Below are positions 20,829 through 31,211 of a DNA stretch of 32,000 nucleotides, one piece after another. Numbering within the stretch: the first letter of the stretch is position 1; every line of letters begins with the position of its first letter. Under the pieces are notes generated by a model that worked only from the letters and a program-made list of their open reading frames with translations, had not been told where the DNA came from and made no database searches. Where the stretch lies: the NCBI GenBank assembly GCA_018985225.1, contig JADGIF010000008.1, positions 1 to 32,000 on the forward strand, given 5' to 3'. The translations under genes and the position numbers were made by a program. The DNA is from Amoeboradix gromovi X-113 (taxonomy: Eukaryota; Fungi; Sanchytriomycota).

Positions 20829-21411
20829 AATTTATATCCTGTTTGACTCGCTTTTCGTCTCCTTACTTATACACTGAATCTCAGATTTTTATTTATTGAA
20901 ACAAGAAAAATACTGTATAGCAACTAGAAAGGAAATAAAAGCAAGCAGCTAAAAGATAAAGAATCGAGTTAACAGTTTTACAATGTTCAATACAAATGTT
21001 CCCTAAACTGTAGTACTGTCTTCCTAGACCTTGCAATGTCCATAAATTAACAAGGTCATGAAAAACGACAAAATTGAGTCAGACGCGGAAGGCTTCTTCA
21101 AAAGCGATATCGGCCCCACATTGGAATTAAAACTATGAAGAAAGTGAAAGAACGTGATGTGAAGTAACGCTATATTGTTATGGCATTGCAGCACAACTAA
21201 AACTGTCACCGATGAATTTCAAATAGGATACAAACGATTGCGCTTGGTAGAAAGACTTAATTTTGATTGTCTCTTAGTTTGGGGCAAAAGAAGAGGTATA
21301 GATGAGAAATAGCTGACACATAATAGAGTATGGAAGAAATTCTAGTAGACTGGTTTTACTTTTTTGAGACATTTGTTTTAAAACGTCCATTAATTTTTTG
21401 GAAATTCATTC

Positions 21412-22513
21412 ATGTCTATCAAGTCCATCAAAAGTGTATCCACAGTCAGAAGACCACCAAAATTGTTGTCACATACTGATTCTAAAATAAACAATGCCTT
21501 CATCAACGGTATTTACTATGTCCATTCTCTTAAAAAGTTAAAGGATTTTAATCTGCACCATCAGCAATCTGGTATAACATCGAACATAATTTATTGTGAT
21601 TTCCAGCTCAAGATGAGCCAATTTGGGTACTATTACTTGTATTCGTTTATTGAAATTGACGATTCCAGCGTCTACGACTTCGAATTAAATAGTGGCGAGT
21701 TGGAAATATTTAAAGCTGATGATTTCAAGATCGGCAAACTTATTGCTTGTGGTAATAGTTGCAAAATCACTTTAGATTCAGGGGTTTATCTGCTAGCAAT
21801 TTCATATAAACACCAGATTGATGGTGCAGTTGATGATGACCTTGTCACGTACTCTAACTCACCTGATGTATCATTAAAATACTCTTCCATAGGTGTAGCG
21901 TGGCCTTTGAATGTCAGAAACATTGAACAGCAAGTGATTCCAAAGACAAAGTGTCAGTTGCCCATAAGTTCTTTATTCACCCCGACAAAAAACGAGTTGA
22001 AATATTTACAAGTAGACAACAATTCAGTAAGTAGCATGTCATCAAGAGCCCCACAAAGACGACCAATGGCCCCGAATAAGTTAAAACGGCGCAGTTCTGC
22101 AGACCCAAATGAAATGCGAGATATTTTAGAATACAAGGAGCATTTAGAGAGACAGTTGCATTATTATTCAAGCGTTTATAATATTAATATAGATGGCAAA
22201 TCATACAACCCAAATGTTGTCTACAGTACTCGGAATTTCGTTTGATGAATCTTCTTCAAACGAAAACGTAGATTACTCAGAGTCCTTGGTGAATGAATGC
22301 AATTCTAAAGACAGAGAATCATCTTTTTCACCACTTAGATTGCAGAGCAGTTTGGAGTTTATGAAGAATCTATGCATTTCATCACTGCTTAATCTATTGA
22401 AGAAAGAATACAACAAAAATACAATGACAACAAGCGATGCATTGGAACTAGTTGAAGATGTTCCAGTTGAATTGTGGGTTACAGCAATTGTTAATAAATT
22501 GGAATTACAATGA
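21412..22513 (+). CDS. Hypothetical protein, two exons (21412-22173, 22193-22513; 360 aa)
   Basis: Two overlapping ORFs are joined in frame by removing a 19-nt GT-AG segment. AATAAA lies in the last codons of exon 2; there is none at the 22245 stop. Confidence 0.7.
22174..22192 (+). other. 19-nt spliceosomal intron (predicted)
   Basis: GTTTATAATATTAATATAG: phase 0, AT-rich, with branch-like TATTAAT followed by ATAG. Confidence 0.7.
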
Positions 22514-22622
22514 TCTCAACTTCTAGAATTTCTCTTTTACAATAGATGAGTAAATGTTATCTTATTAGTGACCGAAACAACTTCTAAGCACATATCGCTG
22601 TGACGTATCTAGTAACTCACTA

Positions 22623-22895
22623 ACTAACTCTCTGAAGTAGTTTGAATTATTATTTCAAGTGTGTATTAACCGATAGTAAATTAAATTAATCAGATTGGTT
22701 GCACCTTTTGCCCAGACACTCAAAGACCTTATTTGAGAGAGATAGTGGGTCACCTTGTTTTATTTTAAAGAGAGGAATGGCATTAATGAAAGAAAATTGG
22801 TTTGAAAGAAGAGCTTTTATTAATAATGGTATTTCCTCCTTATGGAATACCTACTTTAAAAAAGACTTGGTCTAGTTTTTATATTTGGTGTCCCA
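22623..22895. mobile_element. MITE family copy 3 (left TIR largely lost)
   Basis: Colinear with copy 4 (e.g. TATTAACCGATAGTAAATTAAATT..ATCAGATTGGTTGCACCTTTTGC); ends in TTTTTATATTTGGTGTCCCA. Confidence 0.88.
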
Positions 22896-23012
22896 TGTAT
22901 CCTTATCATTCCCATTTCAGGGTAAACGTATAACTTGGATTATGAGGGTACCTGATTGGCCAATCTCTAATTTGTAATTATTACAAAAAAAAGATCACTG
23001 TACTCCTTGAAA

Positions 23013-24050
23013 ATGTTTAACAAATTCAAAGCAATGGCAGAAGAGAAGGTTACTGAGAAGTTGTCTTCAATGAACCTTGGCTCATCCTCTTCTGAAAATG
23101 CAAAATCAGACTCCAAAATTGAAATTGTAACACTAAGCGAAATCCCAAAAGATGCAAAGCGCAAAGCATTGTTTGTTGGCATCAATTACTTTGGTACCAA
23201 GGCTGAGCTGCGAGGCTGCATTAATGATGTTAAGAACATTCGCGAGTGGCTAGAACAGAACTACAAATTCGATGAAATGAAAGTTTTAACAGATGACAAC
23301 AAAGATGACATGCCAACTCACGCCAACATGGTTTCTGCATTCAAATGGCTCGTAAAAGATGCTAAACGTGGAGATAGTTTATTTTTCCACTTTAGTGGCC
23401 ATGGTGGATTTATCGCTGACAAGGACAATGACGAGCATGATTGTCAAGATGAGACCATTATCCCAGTAGACTATGAAAAAGCAGGCCAAATAACTGATGA
23501 CGAGTTGCATGAGTTATTAGTTGTAGGATTACCGGAAGGCGTTCGTTTAACTTGTCTCTTTGACTGCTGCCATTCTGGTTCTGCTCTAGATTTGCCATTT
23601 ACTTATTTAGATAATGGTAAGATTGAGGTCATCGTTAACGATTCCAACTTTCAAAATGTTGCAGTTCAGTCTTTAATGCAGAGTGGGTTAAAATTCATTT
23701 CAGGAGAAAAGGATAAGGCCTTCCAGGAGCTAGGTGATAACGTAAAGCTGTTCTTGAAAAATAGAGATAAAAAGGGAAATCCATCTGCCAAGGAAAAGTT
23801 AGCAAGTGCTGATGTGATCATGTTTAGCGGTTGTAGAGATGAGCAAACTAGTGCTGACGCAGTACTGGCTGGTAGGCCAACTGGTGCTATGACTCATGCT
23901 CTTATTAAATCATTGTCTGAGCATGGGCATAACCAATCTTTTGTTGATCTATTAAAGAACATCAGAATTAACTTAAAAGGACAGTTTACTCAGATTCCAC
24001 AGCTAAGTTGTGGTAAACCATTAGATATGCGATCTCCTTTTTCATTATAA
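23013..24050 (+). CDS. MCA1: Metacaspase (peptidase C14B)
   Basis: RKALFVGINYFGT..ELRGCINDV, catalytic HFSGHG and DCCHSG, FSGCRDEQTSADA, QIPQLS; first ATG at 23013. Confidence 0.95.
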   Translation: MFNKFKAMAEEKVTEKLSSMNLGSSSSENAKSDSKIEIVTLSEIPKDAKRKALFVGINYFGTKAELRGCINDVKNIREWLEQNYKFDEMKVLTDDNKDDMPTHANMVSAFKWLVKDAKRGDSLFFHFSGHGGFIADKDNDEHDCQDETIIPVDYEKAGQITDDELHELLVVGLPEGVRLTCLFDCCHSGSALDLPFTYLDNGKIEVIVNDSNFQNVAVQSLMQSGLKFISGEKDKAFQELGDNVKLFLKNRDKKGNPSAKEKLASADVIMFSGCRDEQTSADAVLAGRPTGAMTHALIKSLSEHGHNQSFVDLLKNIRINLKGQFTQIPQLSCGKPLDMRSPFSL

Positions 24051-24073
24051 GTAGAATAAATCTATTTATTGCA

Positions 24074-25369
24074 TTATCTTATTATTTTGATCCCAGTCGG
24101 AAGTTGCTTATCGAAATACTCACAAATTGCTTTTACATACGTAAATGTTTCTGGTGATAATAAATATTTGTCTCCTGTTTTTGTCAAGGTCATGAAAAAG
24201 ACTGAATTCATTTCGATCATATCAAACACTGGGTTGTTTAAGTTGTGTTCAAAATCTGAAGTCATGAGTATTACACCCAGCTTGATCCCAAACTCGATAA
24301 ATACACTTTTTATATGTACAAACTCTGATAAGAATGAAATGATATCCGCATGATCGTGTACAGTGTCTATATCAAATAGAAATGAACATTTTGCAAGTCT
24401 AGCAAAATTGCCATTTCGTAAAGTAGGAAACTTGTTTTTAATCTTCATTTGTATCTTAAATTCCTGAACCGTTAAAACGCTAAACAGATCATCAAATAAT
24501 CCAATATCTAAATAGTCATCACTCTCATAGTAGAGGGAATCTAACTTTGGTATTATAGACCAATCCAGGTCAATTAATGACTGAAAAGGAATCTTGTTTA
24601 GCTCACTTCCACAAAAGAATATATGGCCAACTAATGGAAAAGATCTAAAAAACATTTTCAACAGCTCTTGTGGGGAATAATTTTTGAAAATGGAAGTACA
24701 AGACAAGCAGAACATTTTGATTTTATTCGATCTGCTGAAGTCTTTGATGTTGATAAACTCGCAGTCGATTAGAGTAAGTATACGAATATTGAGGCATTTT
24801 AGAATAAATGTAAAATTCTTCCAGTTTACCAACGTTTGAGCAATTTCAACGCTGTACAGTGCTTTTAAATTGTACATGAATGCGAAGTTAAAAGAACAAT
24901 GATCTTGAGGTGCAAATCTTATGTGATTGCAAGTGATGTTCCACTCTACGATATTTACAAAATCGGGATGGATATCAAGATCGACCCGAAATAAGTCATA
25001 TGGTTTGATATAGGAGACCATTTTTTTAAATTTCTTAAATGTCCTATTGTTGGGCTTCTTTTTCATTTCAATCAATAAGCGAATCCGGTAATCTGGAACA
25101 TTAGCACGTATTGCATCTAAATAAGACAACTCTTGCAGTATGAATTCATCATCCAGAACAAAAGGGTATTCTTGATGTTTAATTGCTAGATTGTATTGCA
25201 AAGCCAGCTTTGGAACCATATTCATTCTTTTTAACCCTTGCTTACGTAGCCATCTAAAAAACTCAAAGTCAAATTCTTTTTGCATCATTGTTATCAAGCT
25301 TGTAATAAAGTCTTCGTCCACGTCTGAGACACACTCTTGGACATCACGATTTTTTGCTAATTTTCTCAT
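24074..25369 (-). CDS. Hypothetical protein (~431 aa), C-terminal half possibly LRR-like
   Basis: Long ORF; first ATG at 25369 (the track start is GTG); AATAAA just after the stop. Confidence 0.65.
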   Translation of the reverse strand: MRKLAKNRDVQECVSDVDEDFITSLITMMQKEFDFEFFRWLRKQGLKRMNMVPKLALQYNLAIKHQEYPFVLDDEFILQELSYLDAIRANVPDYRIRLLIEMKKKPNNRTFKKFKKMVSYIKPYDLFRVDLDIHPDFVNIVEWNITCNHIRFAPQDHCSFNFAFMYNLKALYSVEIAQTLVNWKNFTFILKCLNIRILTLIDCEFINIKDFSRSNKIKMFCLSCTSIFKNYSPQELLKMFFRSFPLVGHIFFCGSELNKIPFQSLIDLDWSIIPKLDSLYYESDDYLDIGLFDDLFSVLTVQEFKIQMKIKNKFPTLRNGNFARLAKCSFLFDIDTVHDHADIISFLSEFVHIKSVFIEFGIKLGVILMTSDFEHNLNNPVFDMIEMNSVFFMTLTKTGDKYLLSPETFTYVKAICEYFDKQLPTGIKIIR

Positions 25370-25395
25370 GAGAATCCCTGTTTGAGATTTGTAGA

Positions 25396-26364
25396 ATGGA
25401 AAAATCACTTCAAAATTATTTACGAGCTAAAAATGCAATTTCTTTGGAAGAATTCGAAAAAAACATAACAGACGACAAAGAATTGATGGAACTGGTACTG
25501 AAATATATTTCAAGACAAAACAGTCGAATAAAGTACAAATGTTTACAGTTATTTGTTACCCTGACAGATAAGAAAATTATCGATTTATTTTTTGATAATC
25601 TTAAAAAGTTTGTAAACCATGTTCTGAAATCGTACAGCGCACCTCCAATATACCACAATAAATCCAGACAATTACTTTTTACATTAATTGAGAATAACTA
25701 CAATAGCCGCGATCACCCAAGATTAAAGATGGCATACTTCTATTTGAAGAAATCGTTTCCTGAATTTCATCAAGTCATACATTCAGAAACCTCGAAAAGA
25801 CAGAAAATTCAGGATATTGAGTCTAGCAAGTCAAAGATGCACAAAAGCATTATAAAAGACCTGAATACAATACAAAATGAAACGAAATCAATAATATCGG
25901 ATGTGGAGAATGTTTTTAATGAATATATTCCTGATTTCAAGTCTAATGGTAAAATAACTGATGAAATACCCACTGGAATCACCAAAACTCTGAATCTACA
26001 CATATCTGTGAATCTTGAGAAATACAATCTCACTAACGAGCAAAACTCTACACTTTCCAAGTCTCGCGATTTAATTGACTTCAAGTATATTCCTCAATTA
26101 AAATATTTTGATGTAAAAATTAATCAGTTTTCTATAGCTGATGACATGCTAATCCAGTCTGTATACAAGGAACTGGCAGAGTTGAGAAGTATACTCAAGC
26201 AAATGAGCATATTTTCAATCAGAACTGTTAGCTCTGAGGAAGTAGACTCAGATGATGATGATTTTGAAGAAGTATTTGTTCCAAGAAAAAGAAATGCTTC
26301 TTCTGAACTTATGGTGGGTGGTAGAAAGAAAACGAGATTGGACCTATCCAACTTCTTGGCTTGA
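25396..26364 (+). CDS. Protein with VHS-like N-terminus, possibly a truncated UVSSA homologue
   Basis: NSRIKYKCLQLF...SAPP...RLKMAYFYLKK and the acidic DSDDDDFEEV resemble UVSSA; basic NLS-like C-terminus. The CDS is well supported; the family call is tentative. Confidence 0.4.
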   Translation: MEKSLQNYLRAKNAISLEEFEKNITDDKELMELVLKYISRQNSRIKYKCLQLFVTLTDKKIIDLFFDNLKKFVNHVLKSYSAPPIYHNKSRQLLFTLIENNYNSRDHPRLKMAYFYLKKSFPEFHQVIHSETSKRQKIQDIESSKSKMHKSIIKDLNTIQNETKSIISDVENVFNEYIPDFKSNGKITDEIPTGITKTLNLHISVNLEKYNLTNEQNSTLSKSRDLIDFKYIPQLKYFDVKINQFSIADDMLIQSVYKELAELRSILKQMSIFSIRTVSSEEVDSDDDDFEEVFVPRKRNASSELMVGGRKKTRLDLSNFLA

Positions 26365-26819
26365 TAGCATCTGGGAGATGATTTTGTCAAGATAGTCCCA
26401 GGGGCAGGTCAGAATAACTCTTGGGAAAATTTCTCATCCTATTGACCTATTTAGACGCTTTACTGACAGCCCTTTTTGGCGAAGTCAGGCACATATGCTA
26501 CATATTCTACGTTGGTAGAAGCGTTGTTGTTCGCATGAAAGAATTTCTCTTGTTTTCTTCCTCTTGAAGCACGAATTAGGAACCCTTTTCTACTTCTGAT
26601 TCATTTATAACGTTTTAAATGCAGAAAAAGCGCATAAGAAACACGAGCCGTGTTCATGTAAGCATAGTAGCTTCACTGTTTTTATCATCATAGTTATTAT
26701 AGCTGCATAAAGGGCTTCAATTTTTTCTATGAAAACACCACAGGAAGTGCGTCAGACTTATGTGTAGACTCTATCTCATATACCATAAACTGTGTGAAAC
26801 TTGACTTTGACCTCCTCTC

Positions 26820-27806
26820 ATGGACTTTATTAGGAAAAAGTTGTCGGGTTTTTGGTGGCCATCCGATAATTTAGTCATTGAATCCGAGACCAAGCTGTTA
26901 AACATGTGCTCTATCCCGTATTCAATTGAGCTCGTGGAGTTATCAGAAAAGAAATACATAAACACGTTTAGGATACAGTCTAAAACAGAGGATAAGTCTC
27001 TTGTTATGACCCATGGTTTCGGCGCAGGACTAGCCTACTATTTTTTAAATTTTCCAAGCTTATCAACATTGGCTAAAACCCATGGCATGTCGGTTTATGC
27101 GATAGATTGGTTAGGAATGGGCAGGTCATCTAGAAATGCCATCAACTCGTATGATATTAAAAGTGTAGAGAACTATTTTATTGATGCATTAGAAGAGTGG
27201 CGGGTTAAGTTGAGAATTCGCAAAATGATATTGCTTGGCCACTCATTTGGAGGATATTTGTCTGTTGCTTACTCTCTAAAATATCCCGAGCACGTAGAAA
27301 AACTGATCTTAATCTCACCAGTGGGGTTTTCTGAAAAGCCAATGGCTAATCCAAGATCTCACCCAAAATGGATAGAGTTATGTTGGTATTTTAACATCAC
27401 ACCTCAACTGCTTCTTCGCTTTTTGGGTCCTTTCGGCAAAATTTTAGTTTCTAACATGGCGAAAAATCGCTTCATGTTTTTAAACAACGAGCAATTAGAA
27501 CATATTAAAGATTATATGCTGCATATAAATATGAATACAGGTGCTGGCGAATTTGCTATGAATCCTCTATTGATGCCAGGTGCATATGCTAGAGATCCAT
27601 TAATACATCGATTTCGTAACATACGTTGTCCCACGGCATTCATATATGGAAAGACAGACTGGATTCACACAAGTGCTGCTTATTCGTGTATAGAATCCCA
27701 CCCCTTCCCTGATTTGCACAATATTCAAATTTGTAATGGTGGCCACTTTATGTTTTTAGATAATTCAGAAGAATTTAACAGCCTTTTAATAAACATTTTG
27801 GTATAG
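26820..27806 (+). CDS. Alpha/beta hydrolase of the ABHD4/ABHD5/Cld1/Ict1 family
   Basis: HGFGAG, AIDWLGMGRSSR, nucleophile motif GHSFGG, IYGKTDW, C-terminal HX4D (HFMFLD). Confidence 0.92.
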   Translation: MDFIRKKLSGFWWPSDNLVIESETKLLNMCSIPYSIELVELSEKKYINTFRIQSKTEDKSLVMTHGFGAGLAYYFLNFPSLSTLAKTHGMSVYAIDWLGMGRSSRNAINSYDIKSVENYFIDALEEWRVKLRIRKMILLGHSFGGYLSVAYSLKYPEHVEKLILISPVGFSEKPMANPRSHPKWIELCWYFNITPQLLLRFLGPFGKILVSNMAKNRFMFLNNEQLEHIKDYMLHINMNTGAGEFAMNPLLMPGAYARDPLIHRFRNIRCPTAFIYGKTDWIHTSAAYSCIESHPFPDLHNIQICNGGHFMFLDNSEEFNSLLINILV

Positions 27807-27912
27807 CTGCCTTGGTCATTTCTATGTGTTTTTAGCCATTTAACGATTTAGGATATAAGGAGGAATTTGGTCAGGAGGCTAGAATTAATAATTTTTGATA
27901 CTTCTCCACTGC

Positions 27913-28179
27913 ATGTCAACTTTACCATCGAAAAGACAATTAGAGACATTGGACGATGAACGAACATCTAAAAAACAGCATTATGATGATTTTAAATTTG
28001 AAGCACCCACCTATTCTTGGAAAACAATACCGTATAAAGCCCTGACTTTACTATTAGTGTGTAATGGCATTGTGCTAGTAGTCGGTCTGACGTTTACTCT
28101 TGCAATTAATATTTTGATGATGGCTCTGGCCTTTGGTCCTTTTATTGCCCTGATACTTTTGCTTAGCAGATGGAAATAA
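27913..28179 (+). CDS. Small membrane protein (88 aa) with long C-terminal hydrophobic hairpin
   Basis: ATG at 27913; charged N-terminus then about 42 hydrophobic residues; AATAAA overlaps the stop. Confidence 0.6.
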   Translation: MSTLPSKRQLETLDDERTSKKQHYDDFKFEAPTYSWKTIPYKALTLLLVCNGIVLVVGLTFTLAINILMMALAFGPFIALILLLSRWK

Positions 28180-29027
28180 ATCTTGTTACTCAATTTTGAT
28201 CCTCCACTATTCTCTCTGCAAGATTAAAAGTTATTTAACCTTACCTCTCTTTCTTAGCGCTCTTCAAGCTAAAAATTACGATTAGCAAATGCTGCAAAAT
28301 CATTAACAAACCCCATCAGATTCTAAACACAGCCTCTTTACTTAATAAATCGGTCTATAAACAATCCAAATATTTTTTTTTGTTTTCTAAACTATATTGA
28401 ATGCCTAGAATTTGATAGATTAGATGGCTAATCGATGGTATCGGTTTCTGGTTTGTATCACGTGCACCACATTAATTTTATTCAAGGAAAGAGCTCAGGG
28501 AAGATAAGCTCGCACCAATGCAGTTGACGATATCAATGTAAATTGTTGTCTAGCAATTGTCATACTACTAGTAGTTTATCAATTCTTACTGGGTAATTCA
28601 TTTAGGGTGATTACGTTAGCTATATTGCTCCAATATACTCTCTTTATAGTCTCAAACTGCATGAAAAAGCATATTAAGGACCGGTATAATAATAAGTTCC
28701 ACTGTAAAGAAAAAGAATTACATTGATAGAATAGAATGACGTATTTACTATTCAAACTTATAAAAAGTGTGGCGCTCCGAAGATAATCAATTTGGGGACA
28801 TATACATTACAAGATGTCATTTGGAATTAGATAAAGAACATAATACTTGAAGTATATTTATCCCAATTCGATTTTACTGCAGGGTATTGGAATCATGAGC
28901 AACAGCTATAACTTAGCGACTGGCTTTGTCAGTTTTTCTGTGGAAACACTTGAGTTCCTCGTAAACCAGGACTTTTAGCGAGGAATCTATGTCTCAATTG
29001 TTGAATAAATTTACTATCTGAAAGATC

Positions 29028-30127
29028 CTAGCCCTGTCTCAGTCGCTCTACCAAAGCCTGTCTCATTTCGTCTTGGGATCTAACCTCGTCTTGGATATCA
29101 TATACCTCTTGTGCATGGTCTGCTGCCAAGGGAGGATTAGTAAGCGCATCATGCACTTTAGTTACGAATTGGACCACGTTAACGGCCGTTCTGAATCTAT
29201 TTAAATGGGTGTGTATATTAGGTAGTAGGTTGTGGCGCTAAGTGAGTAATAAAGTACGCCTATCTCTGCTGGTTTCCTGCCCAGCGTCATAACATTGTTC
29301 AACCACGGATGACTTAATGCTTCATCTGCGGATAGTCTCTTGAGTGGATCTACGATCAGCAAGTGCTTTATAAAGTCTTTCGCTTCTGCGCTAATTGAAT
29401 TCCAGTCGCCTTTGTTAAATCGATAGTTTCCACTCATAATTCGCAAGTGCTCGTCTAACCCTTCATCCTTCTCTAGATTTTCAAAGGGAGTATATCCACA
29501 AAGTATAAAGTATGCAGTAACTCCAATTGACCACATGTCTACGGATTGATTGTAAGGCTCGCCTAGTAATATTTCCGGAGCCACGAATCCTTTCGATCCA
29601 GCTGGGCTGAGAAGTGATGGTCTATCTAAAGGGTCTATATGTGCTGCCAATCCAAAATCTACTAATACTAAATCTAATTTGTCTTTGTGTACAAAAACAA
29701 CATTTTCAGGTTTTATATCTCTGTGCACTATGTGTTTGCCGTGAAGATATGATAGTGCACGTAACAGTTGTTTTATAATTATCTGAGCATGCCCTTCATC
29801 AAAGTGCTTTAATTTTATTAGTTTGTCCATTAGCTCACCTCCGTTCAATAAATCCATTATTACATAAAGAAAGTGCTCCTCATAGTAGTAGTCTATTAAA
29901 TGGATTACATTAGGATGATTTAATTGATTCATAATAGCAATTTCATTATAAACATACCGATCTAATTTTTGTAATTTTAGCATGCTTAAATGGAATTTCT
30001 TACATGCATATAAGGCTCCGCTGGTGTGTCTACAAGCATAAACACTAGCAAAAGTACCTTCACCAACTTTGTTTTCGATTTGATATTGATGTTTATTCAG
30101 AGGTAAAATAAATCCATTTTCAGACAT
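29028..30127 (-). CDS. Ca2+/calmodulin-dependent protein kinase (CaMK1/Cmk-like), two exons (30127-29258, 29237-29028; 359 aa)
   Basis: GEGTFA, HRDIKPEN, DFG, APE, DMWSIG. Exon 2 supplies HNLLPNIHTHLNRFRTAVNVVQFV, matching the autoinhibitory/CaM-binding segment of fungal Cmk kinases. Confidence 0.92.
29238..29257 (-). other. 20-nt spliceosomal intron (predicted)
   Basis: GTACTTTATTACTCACTTAG on the minus strand: phase 0, branch-like TACTCAC followed by TTAG; removal restores the conserved kinase tail. Confidence 0.85.
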
Positions 30128-30735
30128 GAAAATTAATGAGTTTCAACCTATATTTGAGACAGAAAATAAGAAACTGATACCATCACATTGGAAAGGAGTT
30201 TTAATTCATAAATTTAGTCAGTTTCGCAAGAGAACCTTTATTTTAAGGACTCCATTGCCGATCAGCTTTGCCTAGGTGCTGTTATGATTCTGTGCAACTT
30301 GTTTCGTCTTTATATAAGATTTGATAGCGATAACATGGCAATGGCAATCTTACCTATTGATTCTTTCAGGCGGCATCTCAGTGGCTTCACTAGTTTGATG
30401 GGACTTGTCTCTCGAAGTTATAAGATTGCAAATTATGTCCCCTGAGTTGGGAGTTAATTATTCTACGTTATATAGAAAGACACTACTATGTTCTATGAAA
30501 ATAGATGCTGAGAGTGTTAAAATGATGATTTAAGAAAAGAAAGATTTTTTAGCTATTATGAGGAAACACCCTATAAAAAGTTCCAAAAAATTTAGAATAC
30601 AGATCTTATCAAACCATTACAATAGCATTAAGACCATCATTAGGACCTGGAAACTCGAAATCCTATTGAAAAAGCAGCTTAAACGTTGTTGTCCGCCAAC
30701 GCGATGAGAATTGATCGCTAATTAGTGGATACATA

Positions 30736-31040
30736 CGGGACATCAAATATAAAAACCAGACTAGCTTTCTGAAATTGTTTGAATTATTATTTCAAGTTTC
30801 TATTAACCGATAGTAAATTAAATTAAATTAATCAGATTGGTTGCACCTTTTGCTTAGATACTCAAAGATCTTATTTGAAAGAGATATTGGGTCATCTTGT
30901 CTTATTTTAAAGAGAGGGATGACATTAATGAAAGAAAAGCGGTTTGAAAGAAGCAGGACTTTTATTAATAATAGTATTTCCTCCTTATGGTGCACGTACC
31001 TTAAAAATGACTTGGTCAAGTTTTTATATTTGGTGTCCCA
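30736..31040. mobile_element. MITE family copy 4 (complete, 305 bp)
   Basis: CGGGACATCAAATATAAAAAC...GTTTTTATATTTGGTGTCCCA, flanked by TA on both sides. Confidence 0.9.
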
Positions 31041-31211
31041 TAGGATTAACAGAAACGGGGAAATTGAAGTATCCCAATAAGACAAATTTGTATGCGCTTT
31101 ATGAAATTAAATTTTTCCTGATTACTGGATCTAGAGCAGAATAAACTCTCGATTTTCTATAGATCGCACAGGAGCCCAAAAATCGCATTCCTTGTTTGAG
31201 GATTTCAGTGA

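Noticed and set aside
30828-31144. Three short ORFs over MITE copy 4
   Set aside because: No transposase motifs, and the frames are not preserved in the other copies.
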